This document shows positions 15,427 through 23,231 of a stretch of DNA of 64,000 nucleotides, piece after piece. Source of the DNA: Vicinamibacteria bacterium (GTDB lineage: Bacteria > Acidobacteriota > Vicinamibacteria > Vicinamibacterales > JAENWD01); NCBI GenBank assembly GCA_963837165.1, contig CAWIMD010000002.1, positions 1,543,029-1,607,028 on the forward strand. The letters are read 5' to 3'. How positions within the stretch are numbered: the first letter of the stretch is position 1; each line of letters starts with the position of its first letter. Under the pieces are notes generated by a model, which worked only from the letters and a program-made list of their open reading frames with translations, ran no database searches and was not told the DNA's origin. Made by a program: the position numbers and the translations under genes.

Positions 15427-16721
15427 CGCGCTGGCGCGTGGCGGCGGCCGTCGGCGCGCTGGCGTTTGCCGGAGTGGCGGTCGTGTACGGCGTGCCCGAC
15501 CTGTCGCCGGCGCAGACCGGCGCCATCCCGACCACCCGTCCGGTTCTCGGCGACGTGGACGTCCGCATCCACACGCTCGGCGAGCTCGGCCCGCGGCAGT
15601 CGATGTCGCTGGCCGCGCCGTCGATTGGCGGCATGCTGCAGATCGTCAAGCTGGCCTCATCGGGATCGGTCGTGCACAAGGGCGAGGTGCTGCTCGAGTT
15701 CGACCGCGCCGAGCAGGAGTACAACCTGCAGCAGGCCGAGTCGGAGCTGGCCGAGGCCGAGCAGGAAATCGTCAAGCTCGAGGCCGACGCCAGGGTGGAG
15801 GCGACGCAGGACCAGCTGAACCTGCTGCACGCCCGGCACGAGCTCCGGCGGGCCGAGATCGCCGTCAGCGGGAACGAATTCGTCGGCAAGATCGAGGCCG
15901 AGAAGAATACCCTCAAGCTCGAACAGGCGCGGCGCGCGCTGACACAGCTCGACGCCGATGTCCGCACCCACGCCGACAGCAGCCGATCGGCCCGGGCCGT
16001 GCTGGAAGAGAAGCGCAGCAAGGCGCGGATTGCCGCTGATTTCGCCCGGCGCAACATCGACAGCATGACGCTGGCCGCGCCCCTCGACGGCCTCGTGGTC
16101 GTCAAGGACAACGTGGACGCGTCCGGCGGCTTCGGCTTCCCGGGCATGAGCCTGCCCGAGTACCGGCAGGGCGATACCGTGCAGCCCGGCCGCACGGTTC
16201 TCGACGTGGTGGACATCTCCGAGATGGAGATCAAGGCCAAGGTGGCCGAGACCGACCGTCCGCTGGTGGGATCCGGCGCCCAGGCAAAGGTCGTCGTGGA
16301 CGCGCTGCCCACCCGATCCCTTTCGGGCTCGTCGAACGGCGTGGGCGGAATGGCGTCGAACGCCTTCTGGGAGCCGCAGACCGTCCGGCAGTTCAGCGCC
16401 ACCTTCGCGCTGCAGCGCCCGAGCGACATCCTCAGGCCCGGCATGACCGCGCAGGTCGTGATCGAGGGCGAGAAGCTCTCGAACGTCACGCACCTGCCGC
16501 GGCAGGTGCTCTTCGAGAAGGAAGGCCACCCGGTGGTGTACGTGCGGGACGGCTCGACATTCGTGCCCGTGGCGGTGAAGGTCGTGCGCCTCACCGAGAA
16601 CCGGGTCGTGCTGCGGGACTTCCCTCCCGATGCCGAGGTCGCGCTGGTCAATCCGGAGACCGCGGCCGCCGGGACCGCATCGGCCGCCGGCCCGTCGGCC
16701 CTGCCGGGGTCCGCGCAGTGA
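15423..16721 (+). CDS. HlyD-family periplasmic adaptor, paralog 3 of 3
   Basis: GTGA overlap at 15423-15426. The architecture matches the two upstream paralogs (coiled coil EQEYNLQQAESELAEAEQEIVKLEAD...). Confidence 0.75.
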   Translation: MTRWRVAAAVGALAFAGVAVVYGVPDLSPAQTGAIPTTRPVLGDVDVRIHTLGELGPRQSMSLAAPSIGGMLQIVKLASSGSVVHKGEVLLEFDRAEQEYNLQQAESELAEAEQEIVKLEADARVEATQDQLNLLHARHELRRAEIAVSGNEFVGKIEAEKNTLKLEQARRALTQLDADVRTHADSSRSARAVLEEKRSKARIAADFARRNIDSMTLAAPLDGLVVVKDNVDASGGFGFPGMSLPEYRQGDTVQPGRTVLDVVDISEMEIKAKVAETDRPLVGSGAQAKVVVDALPTRSLSGSSNGVGGMASNAFWEPQTVRQFSATFALQRPSDILRPGMTAQVVIEGEKLSNVTHLPRQVLFEKEGHPVVYVRDGSTFVPVAVKVVRLTENRVVLRDFPPDAEVALVNPETAAAGTASAAGPSALPGSAQ

Positions 16722-17998
16722 GCGGCCTGGCCGAGCACGCGGCCGGCGCCCGGCTCCACTTTGCCGCGGACTGCCGGCGCGGGCTCGAGACGCTGCTCAC
16801 CCACAAGCTCCGCTCGCTCCTGACGATGCTGGGGATGATTTTCGGCGTGGGAGCCGTGGTGTCGATGATGTCGATTGGCGCCGGCGCGCAGCAGCAGGTA
16901 CTGGCCTTCATCGAGCAGCTCGGCGTGCGGAATCTCATCGTCGAGGCGCACGAAGCCAGCGACTTCCAGGCGTTCCAGAAGGTGCGCCGCACCTCACCGG
17001 GCCTGACGGCGCGGGACCTGCGGATCATCCGCGCGAACGTGAGCGACATCGTCGCATCGAGCGCCCGCAAGCGCTACGTGCCCCAGAAGCTCATCCCGAA
17101 GCCGCAGCGGGAGGCGCCGCAGGTGTTCGGCGTCGAGCCCTCGTACCAGGGGATCGCCAGCCTGTCGATCGTGTCGGGCCGGTTCTTCGACGACGCCGAG
17201 GCGGCCTCGGCGGCCGCGGTGTGCGTGTTGGGGGAAGGGGCGCGCACGAACCTCTTCGGCGCCCGGCCGGCGATCGGCGAGTACGTGAAGGTCAACGAGC
17301 AGTGGTTCCGCGTGATTGGCGTCGCCGGACCGCAGGTGAGCTCGCAGGCCGACGTGGCGGGCATCCCGGCGCAGGACCGCAACAACCTGATCTACGTGCC
17401 GGTGAACGCGGCCATCCTCCGGCTCGAGGACAGCTACAGCCGGTTCAAGGACGAAATCGACGGCGTCTACCTCCAGATGGTGAATGCCGGGGACACCGTG
17501 CGGACCGCCGAGATCGTCCGCGGCATCCTCAACGACTCGCATCACGACACGGACGACTTCTCGCTCGTCGTGCCGGCGGCGCTGCTCGCCGAGCAGCGCC
17601 GCACCCAGCGCATCTTCGGGTTCGTCATGGTGGCGCTGGCGTCGATCTCGCTGCTGGTCGGCGGCATCGGCATCATGAACATCATGCTGGCGAGCGTGCT
17701 GGAGCGGACGCGCGAGATCGGCATCCGCCGCGCCGTCGGAGCCCGACAGACCGACATCATCCGGCAGTTCCTGATCGAGACGGTGATGATCGCGTTCGTC
17801 GGCGGCGCCATCGGCCTGCTCGTCGGCGTGGGCCTGTCGCGCCTCATCGCCGTCCTCGCCGGCTGGTCCACGATCGTCACCGCCGCGTCGATTCTGATCT
17901 CGTTCCTCGTCTCGGTAGCCGTCGGCCTGACGTTCGGCGTCTATCCCGCCATCCGCGCCGCCCGTCTGGATCCAGTCGCCGCGCTGCATTATGAATAG
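16718..17998 (+). CDS. MacB-like ABC transporter permease (MacB periplasmic core domain plus FtsX domain)
   Basis: GTGA overlap at 16718-16721. It begins LRSLLTMLGMIFGVGAVVSMMSIG (TM1). A large periplasmic domain follows, then the FtsX-type C-terminal TM bundle (REIGIRRAVGARQTDIIRQFLIE). Confidence 0.85.
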   Translation: MSGLAEHAAGARLHFAADCRRGLETLLTHKLRSLLTMLGMIFGVGAVVSMMSIGAGAQQQVLAFIEQLGVRNLIVEAHEASDFQAFQKVRRTSPGLTARDLRIIRANVSDIVASSARKRYVPQKLIPKPQREAPQVFGVEPSYQGIASLSIVSGRFFDDAEAASAAAVCVLGEGARTNLFGARPAIGEYVKVNEQWFRVIGVAGPQVSSQADVAGIPAQDRNNLIYVPVNAAILRLEDSYSRFKDEIDGVYLQMVNAGDTVRTAEIVRGILNDSHHDTDDFSLVVPAALLAEQRRTQRIFGFVMVALASISLLVGGIGIMNIMLASVLERTREIGIRRAVGARQTDIIRQFLIETVMIAFVGGAIGLLVGVGLSRLIAVLAGWSTIVTAASILISFLVSVAVGLTFGVYPAIRAARLDPVAALHYE

Positions 17999-18026
17999 CA
18001 GGCAGCAGGCAGTAGGCAGTAGGCAG
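17997..18026. repeat. Family F heptamer array, AGCAGGC/AGTAGGC x4
   Basis: It begins inside the permease stop TAG (17996-17998). Confidence 0.9.
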
Positions 18027-18049
18027 ATCCCCGGCGGCCAGGCCCCGGG

Positions 18050-18055
18050 TATACT
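18050..18055 (+). promoter_or_regulatory. -10-like TATACT 6 nt upstream of ATG 18062; leaderless geometry
   Basis: GGGTATACTCGCCGAATG. Confidence 0.4.
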
Positions 18056-18061
18056 CGCCGA

Positions 18062-19030
18062 ATGCGCGCGATACGTGTCGAGCAGTTCGGCGAGCCCGAC
18101 GTGCTGCGAGTGGCCGAGGTGGCGGACCCGGCGCCCGGACCGGGTGAGGTGGTGGTCCGGCTGCACGCGGCCGGCGTGAATCCCTTCGAAACCTACATCC
18201 GCACGGGCAAGTACGCGCGGCTGCCCGAGCTGCCGTACACGCCGGGCGCCGACGGTGCCGGCGTGGTCGAGGCCGTCGGCCCGGGCGTCAAGGACGTCGC
18301 CACAGGCGCGCGGGTGTACGTGGCGGCGCTCGGCCTGCGGTTCGGCACGTACGCGGAGCGGATGGCCGTGCCGGCGGCGATGGTGCATCCGCTGCCGGAG
18401 TCGGTGTCGTTCTCACAGGGCGCCGCGCTCGGCGTGCCCGCGGCCACCGCCTACCGCGCGCTCGTGCTCCGGGGACGGGCGCGCGCCGGACAGTCCCTGC
18501 TCGTCCACGGCGCCAGCGGCGCGGTCGGGGCCGCGGCGGTCCAGCTCGCGCGCGGGCTCGGCCTGACCGTGATTGGCACGGCGGGCAGCGATGCCGGCCG
18601 GGAGGTGGCGCGCGCCTCGGGCGCGCAGCAGGTGCTGGACCACACGCAGGAGGGCTACCTGTCGGCGATCCCGGAGCTCACCGGCGGCCGCGGCGTGGAT
18701 CTCGTGCTCGAGATGCTCGCGAACGTGAATCTCGACCGCGATCTGGGCATCGTCGCTCCGGGCGGCCGCGTGGTCGTCATCGGCAGCCGCGGGCGGATCG
18801 AGATCGATCCGCGCCAGACGATGGGCAAGGAATCGGCGGTGCTGGGCATGACGCTCTGGGCCACCACGCCGGACCAGTATCGCGAGACGCACGCCGCGCT
18901 CGGCGCGGCCCTCCAGAGCGGCGTCCTGAAGCCGGCGGTCGGCCGCGAGCTGCCGCTCGCCAGCGCCGGCGATGCCCACCGCGCGGTCATCGCCGATCGC
19001 GCGGCCGGCAAGATCGTGCTTCTCATGTAG
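18062..19030 (+). CDS. NADPH:quinone oxidoreductase / zeta-crystallin-type MDR
   Basis: MRAIRVEQFGEPDVLRVAEVADPAPGPGEVVVRLHAAGVNPFETYIRTGKY... with LVHGASGAVGAAAVQLAR (Rossmann motif). Confidence 0.85.
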   Translation: MRAIRVEQFGEPDVLRVAEVADPAPGPGEVVVRLHAAGVNPFETYIRTGKYARLPELPYTPGADGAGVVEAVGPGVKDVATGARVYVAALGLRFGTYAERMAVPAAMVHPLPESVSFSQGAALGVPAATAYRALVLRGRARAGQSLLVHGASGAVGAAAVQLARGLGLTVIGTAGSDAGREVARASGAQQVLDHTQEGYLSAIPELTGGRGVDLVLEMLANVNLDRDLGIVAPGGRVVVIGSRGRIEIDPRQTMGKESAVLGMTLWATTPDQYRETHAALGAALQSGVLKPAVGRELPLASAGDAHRAVIADRAAGKIVLLM

Positions 19031-19047
19031 CGGATCGGGAGATCACC

Positions 19048-19905
19048 ATGCAGACTCGACGTCAGTTCCTGGGGAGTGCCGCTGCGGCCGCAGCGGGCCT
19101 GGCCGTCCGGCCGTTCTCCGCCGCCGCGCTCGCGCGCAGGGCGCGCACGCGCTTCCACGTCGGCGTCACCGACTGGAACCTCCAGCTCGAAGGCGACCCG
19201 AAGGCGGTGGCGCTGGCGAAGTCGCTCGGCTTCGACGGCGTGCAGATCAGCCTCAGCAACCGCAACGGCAAGGACTGGGTGGGCGAGGAGGTGCTGGACC
19301 AGTTCGCGGCGGAGTCGAAGCGCCTGTCGTTGCCGATTGCCTCGGTGTGCCTGAACATCCTGCACCGCAACTACCTGAAGTCGGATCCGCTCGGCCCGCG
19401 CCGCGTGGCCGACGCCATTCCGATGGCCCGGCGCGTCGGCGTGCAGGTGATCCTGCTGCCCTTCTTCGGCCCGGGCGCCCTGAAGACGCCGGCGGAGATG
19501 GACTTCGTCGGCGACGCGTTGAAGGAGCTCGGGCCGGACGCGCAGAAGGCGGGCGTCATCCTGGGGCTCGAGGACACCATCTCGGCGAAGGACAACGTGC
19601 GGATCATGGAGCGGTCGCAGTCGCCTGCCGTCCAGACCTACTACGACGTGGGCAACTCGACGAACAACGGCTTCCACGTGGTGGACGAGATCCGCTGGCT
19701 GGGCAAGTCGCGCATCTGCGAAGTGCACCTGAAGGACAACCCGCACTACCTCGGCGAAGGCACCATCGACTTCCCCGCCGTCGTCGGGGCCCTCGGCGAG
19801 ATCGGGTTCGATCGCTGGGCCGAGCTCGAGACCGACTGCCCGTCGGGCTCCATCGAGAGCGACATGCGGAGAAACCTGGCGTTCGTCCGCAAGCTGACGA
19901 CCTGA
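19048..19905 (+). CDS. Sugar phosphate isomerase/epimerase (xylose-isomerase-like TIM barrel) with Tat-type signal
   Basis: MQTRRQFLGSAAAAAAGLAVRPFSAAALA is a twin-arginine leader. An AP-endonuclease-2/TIM-barrel-like body follows. Confidence 0.7.
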   Translation: MQTRRQFLGSAAAAAAGLAVRPFSAAALARRARTRFHVGVTDWNLQLEGDPKAVALAKSLGFDGVQISLSNRNGKDWVGEEVLDQFAAESKRLSLPIASVCLNILHRNYLKSDPLGPRRVADAIPMARRVGVQVILLPFFGPGALKTPAEMDFVGDALKELGPDAQKAGVILGLEDTISAKDNVRIMERSQSPAVQTYYDVGNSTNNGFHVVDEIRWLGKSRICEVHLKDNPHYLGEGTIDFPAVVGALGEIGFDRWAELETDCPSGSIESDMRRNLAFVRKLTT

Positions 19906-19907
19906 GC

Positions 19908-20900
19908 ATGCTCCACTGCACCAACGGCGACGTCGTCGTCGGCGGTCTGACGGCAGCGGGCGTGCCCGGGCGCGTGGTTGCCGCCGCCGACGTGCTGCAC
20001 GAGGGGCCGTGCGAGGCGGGCCTGTCGCCGGAGGCGTGGCGCCGGCGTCGGGCGGCATTCCTCGCGGATGGCGACGGGGCGCGCGCCGCGGCCATCGGGC
20101 GATCCCTGGCCGAACGCGACGCGGTACTGGACGAGGCCGCCGCGGCAGGCGAAGAGATCGTCCTCTGGTTCGAGCACGACCTCTTCGATCAGCTGAACCT
20201 GATCTGGCTGATCGACGCTTTGGCGCTGCGGGGCGTGCCGCCGGATCGCATCTCCCTGATCGTCATCGGGAGCCATCCGAGCGTTGCCCGGTTCCACGGC
20301 CTGGGCCAGCTGTCGCCCTCGGATCTTGCCGGCCTGCTGCCGGCGCGCCTGCCGCTGCCGGGCGCCGGGATGACGGACGCGCGGCGGGCATGGGACGCCG
20401 TCTGCGCATCGTCGCCGGAGCTGATGGAGTCGGAGGCGGCGCGCGATCACCCGGCCCTGCCCTTCCTGCCGGCGGCGCTCGCACGCTTACTCGAGGAGCT
20501 GCCGGGGATGGAGGACGGCCTCTCGCGAGTCGAACGCCAGGGGCTGGCTGCCGTCCGCGACGGCGCCGGCACGCTCGGCGCGGCGTTCGTCGCACAGGCG
20601 GCGCAGGAACCGGCCGTCTTCCTCGGCGACCTGTCCTTCTATCGCGCCATGCGTAATCTCGCGGCGGCGGCGACGCCGCTGGTCGCGCTCGGGCCAGGGC
20701 AGGATGGGCCCGACCGATCGCGGACCGTCACGCTCACCGGTGCCGGCCGTGCCGCGCTCGAGGGCTCGGCGGATCACGCGGCGCTGAACGGTCTCGACCG
20801 GTGGGTGGGCGGCGTACGGCTCGAGGGCCGCGCGCCCGCGTGGCGGTGGGACGGAGGGCGTCGCCGCTCGATGCGGATGCCGCGCGGGAACTCCATGTAG
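19908..20900 (+). CDS. DUF1835-like conserved hypothetical protein
   Basis: Internal ATG 19908 of ORF 18972..20900 begins MLHCTNGDVVVGGLTAAGVPGRVVAAADVLHEGP...EIVLWFEHDLFDQLNLIWLID. This pattern fits DUF1835 from memory. Confidence 0.6.
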   Translation: MLHCTNGDVVVGGLTAAGVPGRVVAAADVLHEGPCEAGLSPEAWRRRRAAFLADGDGARAAAIGRSLAERDAVLDEAAAAGEEIVLWFEHDLFDQLNLIWLIDALALRGVPPDRISLIVIGSHPSVARFHGLGQLSPSDLAGLLPARLPLPGAGMTDARRAWDAVCASSPELMESEAARDHPALPFLPAALARLLEELPGMEDGLSRVERQGLAAVRDGAGTLGAAFVAQAAQEPAVFLGDLSFYRAMRNLAAAATPLVALGPGQDGPDRSRTVTLTGAGRAALEGSADHAALNGLDRWVGGVRLEGRAPAWRWDGGRRRSMRMPRGNSM

Positions 20901-20909
20901 CGCGGGGCG

Positions 20910-21416
20910 TCAGCCCGCCTGGGGATCGTCGGCCGCGCCGCCCAGCGCCCCGTTGTTGCGGAGCTTGTCGAGCAGCGTGATGAGCTGGCGCTGGCCGGCC
21001 ACGCCAATCGGTCGCATCACGGCCTCGCCGATCTCGTTCACCGGATCGTCCAACGCCGCCAGCAGCTCGAGCCCGGCGTCGGTGATGCGGCAGTGGACCT
21101 GGCGTCGATCCGACGCGCAGCGGGCCCGGGTCACCAGCCCCTTGGCCTCCAGTCGATCCAGCAGGCGCGTGATGCCGGGCGTCTGCTCGATCATCCGCTC
21201 GCCGATTTCCAGCGTGGCCATCGGCTCCGGCGACGCGCCGCGAAGAATGCGGAGGACGTTGTACTGTTGCGCGGTGATGCCGTGCGGCTCGATGGTCCGC
21301 GCGAGCGACCGCGCGATGAGATCTGCCGTGCGCAGCAGGGCCAGCCCCGACTCGTGCGCCGGCGACCGGAACGGCCGCTTCTGGCGAATCTCACGCTGCA
21401 GACTCGTCTCAGTCAC
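20910..21416 (-). CDS. MarR-family transcriptional regulator
   Basis: ORF 20910..21434 contains GITAQQYNVLRILRG...LEIGERMIEQTPGITRLLDRLEAKGLVTRARCASDRRQV (MarR wHTH). I prefer GTG 21416 as the start because a TACGAT -10 lies 6 nt upstream. TTG 21434 is the alternative. Confidence 0.85.
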   Translation of the reverse strand: MTETSLQREIRQKRPFRSPAHESGLALLRTADLIARSLARTIEPHGITAQQYNVLRILRGASPEPMATLEIGERMIEQTPGITRLLDRLEAKGLVTRARCASDRRQVHCRITDAGLELLAALDDPVNEIGEAVMRPIGVAGQRQLITLLDKLRNNGALGGAADDPQAG

Positions 21417-21422
21417 AGAATC

Positions 21423-21455
21423 ATCGTAACGCAAATTAGTTGATTAGTCAACTAA
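21423..21455 (-). promoter_or_regulatory. marR promoter and palindromic operator
   Basis: The minus strand has TTGACT (21451-21446), a 17-nt spacer, TACGAT (21428-21423), then 6 nt to GTG 21416. The inverted repeat TTAGTTGA-TTAG-TCAACTAA (21436-21455) overlaps the -35. This is an AT-rich island. Confidence 0.55.
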
Positions 21456-21477
21456 ACGGCGGGCACGCGGCGGTGCA

Positions 21478-21837
21478 CTAGCGATCGTCCACCCAGACCG
21501 GCGGAGGCGTGATTTCGGCGGCGGGCGTGGGCCCCGGGTCGGCGCGTCCGCTGCCCGCGAACCGCGACACGGCACGGATGGTCATGTCGTGGTCGCACTG
21601 GATCTGGCACGACAGCCTCACGCCCGTGAGACCGCGCTCGGCCAGCCTGTTCCACTCGGCGTCCGTGTGGCGGGCCGGTTCGCCGGCGAGAAACTCGACG
21701 CGGCAGGTCGTGCACCGCGCGTTGCCGCCGCAGGCGTGCAGGATGTCGACGCCCGCGTCCTGCTCCACCGCCAGCACCAGGCGCTTGCCAGGCGGCACCT
21801 CCACGCTCCCGAACCCCTCGACCGTCAGCCTCGGCAC
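21478..21837 (-). CDS. 2Fe-2S ferredoxin-like iron-sulfur protein
   Basis: GTG start. The Cys pattern is HACGGNARCTTCRVEF...LSCQ. Confidence 0.75.
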   Translation of the reverse strand: MPRLTVEGFGSVEVPPGKRLVLAVEQDAGVDILHACGGNARCTTCRVEFLAGEPARHTDAEWNRLAERGLTGVRLSCQIQCDHDMTIRAVSRFAGSGRADPGPTPAAEITPPPVWVDDR

Positions 21838-21840
21838 ACT

Positions 21841-21915
21841 TCAACTCCCAGGTCCCAATCTCCAATCCCCGACTCAATCGTCAATCGTCAATCGTCAATC
21901 GTCAATGATCAATGG
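21841..21915. repeat. Family C heptamer array: degenerate units (21841-21873) then TCAATCG x4 plus TCAATGA and TCAATGG
   Basis: It spans from the TIGR00300 stop (21902-21904, inside the array) to 4 nt before the ferredoxin GTG (21837). Confidence 0.9.
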
Positions 21916-23131
21916 TTAACGAGAGCCGCGCGGCCAGCTCCTTCAGGAAGAACTGGCAATCGGTGACCAGGCCGAACGCCTGCCGCGTGCCGCGATCCAT
22001 CAGCTTGGTGATGGTGTCGGTGTTGTTGTCCACGCAGATGATGCGGACCGAGGCGGGCAGCAGGTTCCCCGTGGCCACGGAATGCAGCGTCGTGGCGACC
22101 ATGATCGCGAGGCCGACGCCGGGGATGCGCGCACGCATCTCGTCCTGCGCGCGGACGGTGTCGGTGATCACGTCGGGCAGCGGGCCATCGTCGCGCACGC
22201 TGCCGCCGAGGACGAAGTCCACGCCGTGCCTGACGCACGCGTGCATGACGCCGCGCGTGAGCACGCCGGAGGCCACGGCCTGCCGGATGCCGCCCGCACG
22301 GCGGATGGCGTTGATGGCGCGGAGGTGATGATTGTGGCCGGTGGCCACCGGCGCGCCCGTGGCCAGGCGGATGCCGAGCGAGGTGCCGAGGAGGGCGGCT
22401 TCGATGTCGTGGGTGGCGAGGGCGTTGCCGGCGAACAGGACGTCGATCCAGCCTCCCGCAATCAGGGCCTCGAGGTAGCGCCCGGCGCCGGTGTGGATGA
22501 TGGCGGGGCCGCCGACGAAGAGGATCTTGCGGCCCTCGGCCCGCGTGCGGCCCATGCCCTCGGCCACCGCGGCCACCGTCAGTTCCTTCGGGCGCTCCGC
22601 CGAGACGTCGCTCGACATGAAGCCGAACACCGAGACCGGGTCCTTGCGGGGCGCGGGCACCACCTTGACGGCGGCCTCGTGCACGAGCACCAGGTCGTCG
22701 CGTCTGACCCTGTGGACCGGGACGGTCACCGCGTGCGGGCCATCCGGCTGCTCGCGCAGGACGACGCCGCAGTCCATTTCGATCTGCTCGATGGGCAGCC
22801 ACCGGCCGTCCTGCCGCACGTAGCTCTCGAGGTTGGTCGTCGAGTAGAAATCGTCCGGGAACACGCCGTCGGCCGGGGCCGGGCGCCATTCGGAGTCGTG
22901 GGCCACCGGCGCCGCGCCCTGCTGCCCGAGCTCCTGCAGGATGCGGTGCAGGTCGTCGGCCGACCCCGCGCGCACGACGATCTCGGCGTGGCTCGCCGCC
23001 TCGCGGGTCGTGCCGATCTGGAAGGTGGTGATCTCGTAGTCGCCGCCGTGGAGCAGGATCAGGTCCAGCACCCTGGACAGCGTGCCCGAATCGATGATGT
23101 GGCCGTCGAGATGCACCGTTTCCGAGAGCAT
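21902..23131 (-). CDS. TIGR00300-family protein (LOR/SDH-like conserved region; archaeal-type ornithine cyclodeaminase family)
   Basis: 409 aa. It begins MLSETVHLDGHIIDSGTLSRVLDLILLHGGDYEI and contains ILFVGGPAIIHTGAGRYLEALI...HNHHLRAIN. The family assignment is from memory. Confidence 0.65.
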   Translation of the reverse strand: MLSETVHLDGHIIDSGTLSRVLDLILLHGGDYEITTFQIGTTREAASHAEIVVRAGSADDLHRILQELGQQGAAPVAHDSEWRPAPADGVFPDDFYSTTNLESYVRQDGRWLPIEQIEMDCGVVLREQPDGPHAVTVPVHRVRRDDLVLVHEAAVKVVPAPRKDPVSVFGFMSSDVSAERPKELTVAAVAEGMGRTRAEGRKILFVGGPAIIHTGAGRYLEALIAGGWIDVLFAGNALATHDIEAALLGTSLGIRLATGAPVATGHNHHLRAINAIRRAGGIRQAVASGVLTRGVMHACVRHGVDFVLGGSVRDDGPLPDVITDTVRAQDEMRARIPGVGLAIMVATTLHSVATGNLLPASVRIICVDNNTDTITKLMDRGTRQAFGLVTDCQFFLKELAARLSLTIDH

Positions 23132-23140
23132 GGTCGGACG

Positions 23141-23146
23141 ATCTTA
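23141..23146 (-). promoter_or_regulatory. -10-like TAAGAT 9 nt upstream of ATG 23131 (TIGR00300 gene)
   Basis: The minus strand reads GGTAAGATCGTCCGACCATG. Confidence 0.35.
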
Positions 23147-23152
23147 CCCGGG

Positions 23153-23206
23153 TACACGAGGGACACAAAGGACACGAAGGACACGAAGGACACGAAGGAC
23201 ACATCC
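23153..23206. repeat. Family D nonamer array, GACACGAAG-type x6 (plus strand)
   Basis: It lies between the two divergent TAAGAT -10 boxes (23141-23146 minus, 23220-23225 plus). Confidence 0.95.
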
Positions 23207-23219
23207 TCGAGGCTTACGC

Positions 23220-23225
23220 TAAGAT
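23220..23225 (+). promoter_or_regulatory. -10-like TAAGAT 6 nt upstream of ATG 23232 (GMC oxidoreductase); leaderless geometry
   Basis: CGCTAAGATCTCCTCATG. AGGACA, from the last nonamer unit, lies 18 nt upstream. Confidence 0.4.
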
Positions 23226-23231
23226 CTCCTC

